NCBI GenBank assembly: GCA_038279365.1
Contig: JAYODI010000002.1
Coordinates: 25,551-44,486, forward strand
Reading direction: 5' to 3'
Origin: Candidatus Latescibacterota bacterium
GTDB lineage: Bacteria > Latescibacterota > UBA2968
DNA: 18,936 nucleotides
Shown: piece by piece, positions 17,464 through 18,936 of the stretch
Layout of the letters: each line of letters starts with the position of its first letter
Position numbering within the stretch: position 1 is the first letter of the stretch
Notes under the pieces: generated by a model
Databases searched by the model: none
Seen by the model: only the letters and a program-made list of their open reading frames with translations
Told to the model about the DNA's origin: nothing
Program-made: the position numbers and the translations under genes

Positions 17464-17491
17464 GCACCTGCTCTTAAAGGAGAAGGCATTT

Positions 17492-18400
17492 ATGGCCATT
17501 TATAAAGTTGTTATTCCCGTTGCCGGAATGGGCACGAGTTTGTTGCCTGCCACCAAGTCACAACCCAAAGAAATGTTACCTGTTGGGCGCAAACCTATTG
17601 TTCAATATGTGGTCGAAGAAGTTGTAGAGCAAGGGCTCAAGAAAATCCTCTTCATCACAGGTAAGAACAAACGCACCATCGAAGACCACTTTGATCGCGA
17701 CCCCGACTTACAGACCTATTTAAACGAAAGCGACCGTGAAAACCTGCTTGAAGAACTTGATTATGAGCAAGAAGGCGTAAACTTTTTTTATACACGCCAA
17801 ATCATTCCTTCAGGTCGCACAACACCAGCGGGCATCGGCCATGCCATCAGTATGGCCGAAGATTTTGTGGCTGGTGAACCTTTTGTGGTTGCCTTTGGTG
17901 ACACCATTATCAAATCGGGCAACCACGCGGGCCTCATTAACCGCATGATCAAATCTCACGAAAAGAATCAGGCCAGTGTGACCATTGCCGTTGCTGCCGT
18001 TTCACCAGATGAAGTCAGTCAATATGGCATTGTAAAACCCAAAACGGGTGAAGATGAAAACGACTTTGAAATAGAAGCCATCGTAGAAAAACCCGCCAGA
18101 GACGAAGCCCCCAGCAACTTGTGCGTTGCAGCACGGTACATTTTTAATCCAGAAATATTTGCCGCACTCAAACGCACCAGCCCAGGATTGGGTGGCAAAT
18201 TGGAACTGACCGATGCCATCGCCACACTCATGACCATGGGATACAAGGTGCGCTGTGTGAAATTGCAACCCGAAGAACTGCGGTATGACATTGGGAATAT
18301 GGAATCCTATTTTAAGTCTTTCATTGATTTTGCGCTCTTTGACCAACGTTATGGATACCTCATTCGCCAATATTTGCAAAAACGTCTGCGAGAATTCTAA
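17492..18400 (+). CDS. galU: GalU-family UTP--sugar-1-phosphate uridylyltransferase
   Basis: KVVIPVAGMGTSLLPATKSQPKEMLPV; KPIVQYVVEE; IEDHFD; GIGHAI; IVEKP; ELTDAI; RYDIGN. SD AAGGAG. Substrate specificity is uncertain. Confidence 0.82.
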   Translation: MAIYKVVIPVAGMGTSLLPATKSQPKEMLPVGRKPIVQYVVEEVVEQGLKKILFITGKNKRTIEDHFDRDPDLQTYLNESDRENLLEELDYEQEGVNFFYTRQIIPSGRTTPAGIGHAISMAEDFVAGEPFVVAFGDTIIKSGNHAGLINRMIKSHEKNQASVTIAVAAVSPDEVSQYGIVKPKTGEDENDFEIEAIVEKPARDEAPSNLCVAARYIFNPEIFAALKRTSPGLGGKLELTDAIATLMTMGYKVRCVKLQPEELRYDIGNMESYFKSFIDFALFDQRYGYLIRQYLQKRLREF

Positions 18401-18486
18401 TTGTATTTACCTTTTTCCGGCACCCATTTTAAACATTGAACCTTGATCCATTTTGCGTGTAATCTTTCATATACGAACCTTAAACT

Positions 18487-18936
18487 ATGGCCAAAGCATA
18501 CCTTTCAACAGCTCCCGGTCGGTGTGGAATTATTGGAAATCCCACCGATATGTATGGTGGCAGCGTCATTTCTTGTTCCACACAAGAACGAGCAGCTGTC
18601 ATCATTGAGCCATCCGACATACTCAGTTTTGAAGTAGCAGGTCAACGGTGTGAAATTCATCACGCCCAAGATCTCAAACCCGATGGTGGTTTTTTTGACG
18701 TCGCCAAAGCCATTGTGCACTTTCTCAACTTGGCTGACGCCAAATTTTCATTGCGTTGGGCGTGCAATGTCCCATTTGCCGCTGGGCTGTCCAGTTCTTC
18801 GGCCATGAGTGTGTCCATACTCAATGCCATCTTCGCCTTTTTAGGCCGGAAAGAACACCTTTTCTATCGCGCAGAAATGGCACGTCATGTAGAACTCAAC
18901 TACATGGCATTATGCGGTTATCAAGATGCTTATATG
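18487..18936 (+). CDS. GHMP-superfamily sugar kinase (glucuronokinase-like), 3'-truncated; absent from the ORF track
   Basis: My translation: MAKAYLSTAPGRCGIIGNPTDMYGGSVIS...NVPFAAGLSSSSA...RAEMARHVELNYMALCGYQDAYM, open to the window end. Contains GHMP motif 1 (PGR..IIG..TD), the ATP loop PxxxGLSSS, and CGxQD. Confidence 0.9.
   Translation, partial: MAKAYLSTAPGRCGIIGNPTDMYGGSVISCSTQERAAVIIEPSDILSFEVAGQRCEIHHAQDLKPDGGFFDVAKAIVHFLNLADAKFSLRWACNVPFAAGLSSSSAMSVSILNAIFAFLGRKEHLFYRAEMARHVELNYMALCGYQDAYM

Noticed and set aside
18436-18465. Possible promoter TTGAAC-18-TAATCT before the GHMP kinase
   Set aside because: A moderate match in AT-rich sequence, too weak to call. If real, it would weaken the case for galU-kinase co-transcription.
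190-18720. The many 60-155 aa ORFs overlapping the main genes on either strand (e.g. 2400-2822 -, 6847-7296 -, 10098-10562 -, 14039-14491 +, 14776-15240 -, 17027-17431 +)
   Set aside because: They are shadow frames of well-supported genes, with no recognisable motifs.
1-18936. CRISPR arrays, tRNA/rRNA, IS elements, tandem repeats, phase-variable tracts
   Set aside because: None seen. The three hairpins are unrelated in sequence, and the in-gene homopolymers (8 nt or shorter) keep their frames intact.

Overview
Gene-dense chromosomal window from a diderm bacterium (DUF6029-like barrel, TolC, lipoprotein), mostly on the + strand. An FCB-group lineage is a tentative inference. Gene order: 5'-truncated DUF6029-like outer-membrane protein | terminator | tilS-ftsH-folP | a two-gene unit with its own promoter (66-aa unknown protein plus a DUF2225-like Zn-ribbon/TPR protein fused to a degenerate GGDEF domain) | TolC-MFP-RND efflux operon | purM, a small membrane protein, an Apyc1-like MBL-fold phosphodiesterase, holA | trxA >< orphan fliL <> galU-like nucleotidyltransferase, then a 3'-truncated glucuronokinase-like GHMP kinase that the ORF track misses. 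I saw no mobile element, CRISPR array, rRNA or tRNA. The most notable signals are: (i) the DUF2225-pseudo-GGDEF fusion unit; (ii) a cellular anti-Pycsar (Apyc1)-like cyclic-nucleotide phosphodiesterase, in a gene run preceded by a near-consensus CRP-type palindrome; (iii) face-to-face promoters between fliL and galU; (iv) a TAA stop immediately before the expected terminal Phe of the beta-barrel. All family assignments come from motif recognition by eye; no searches were run.
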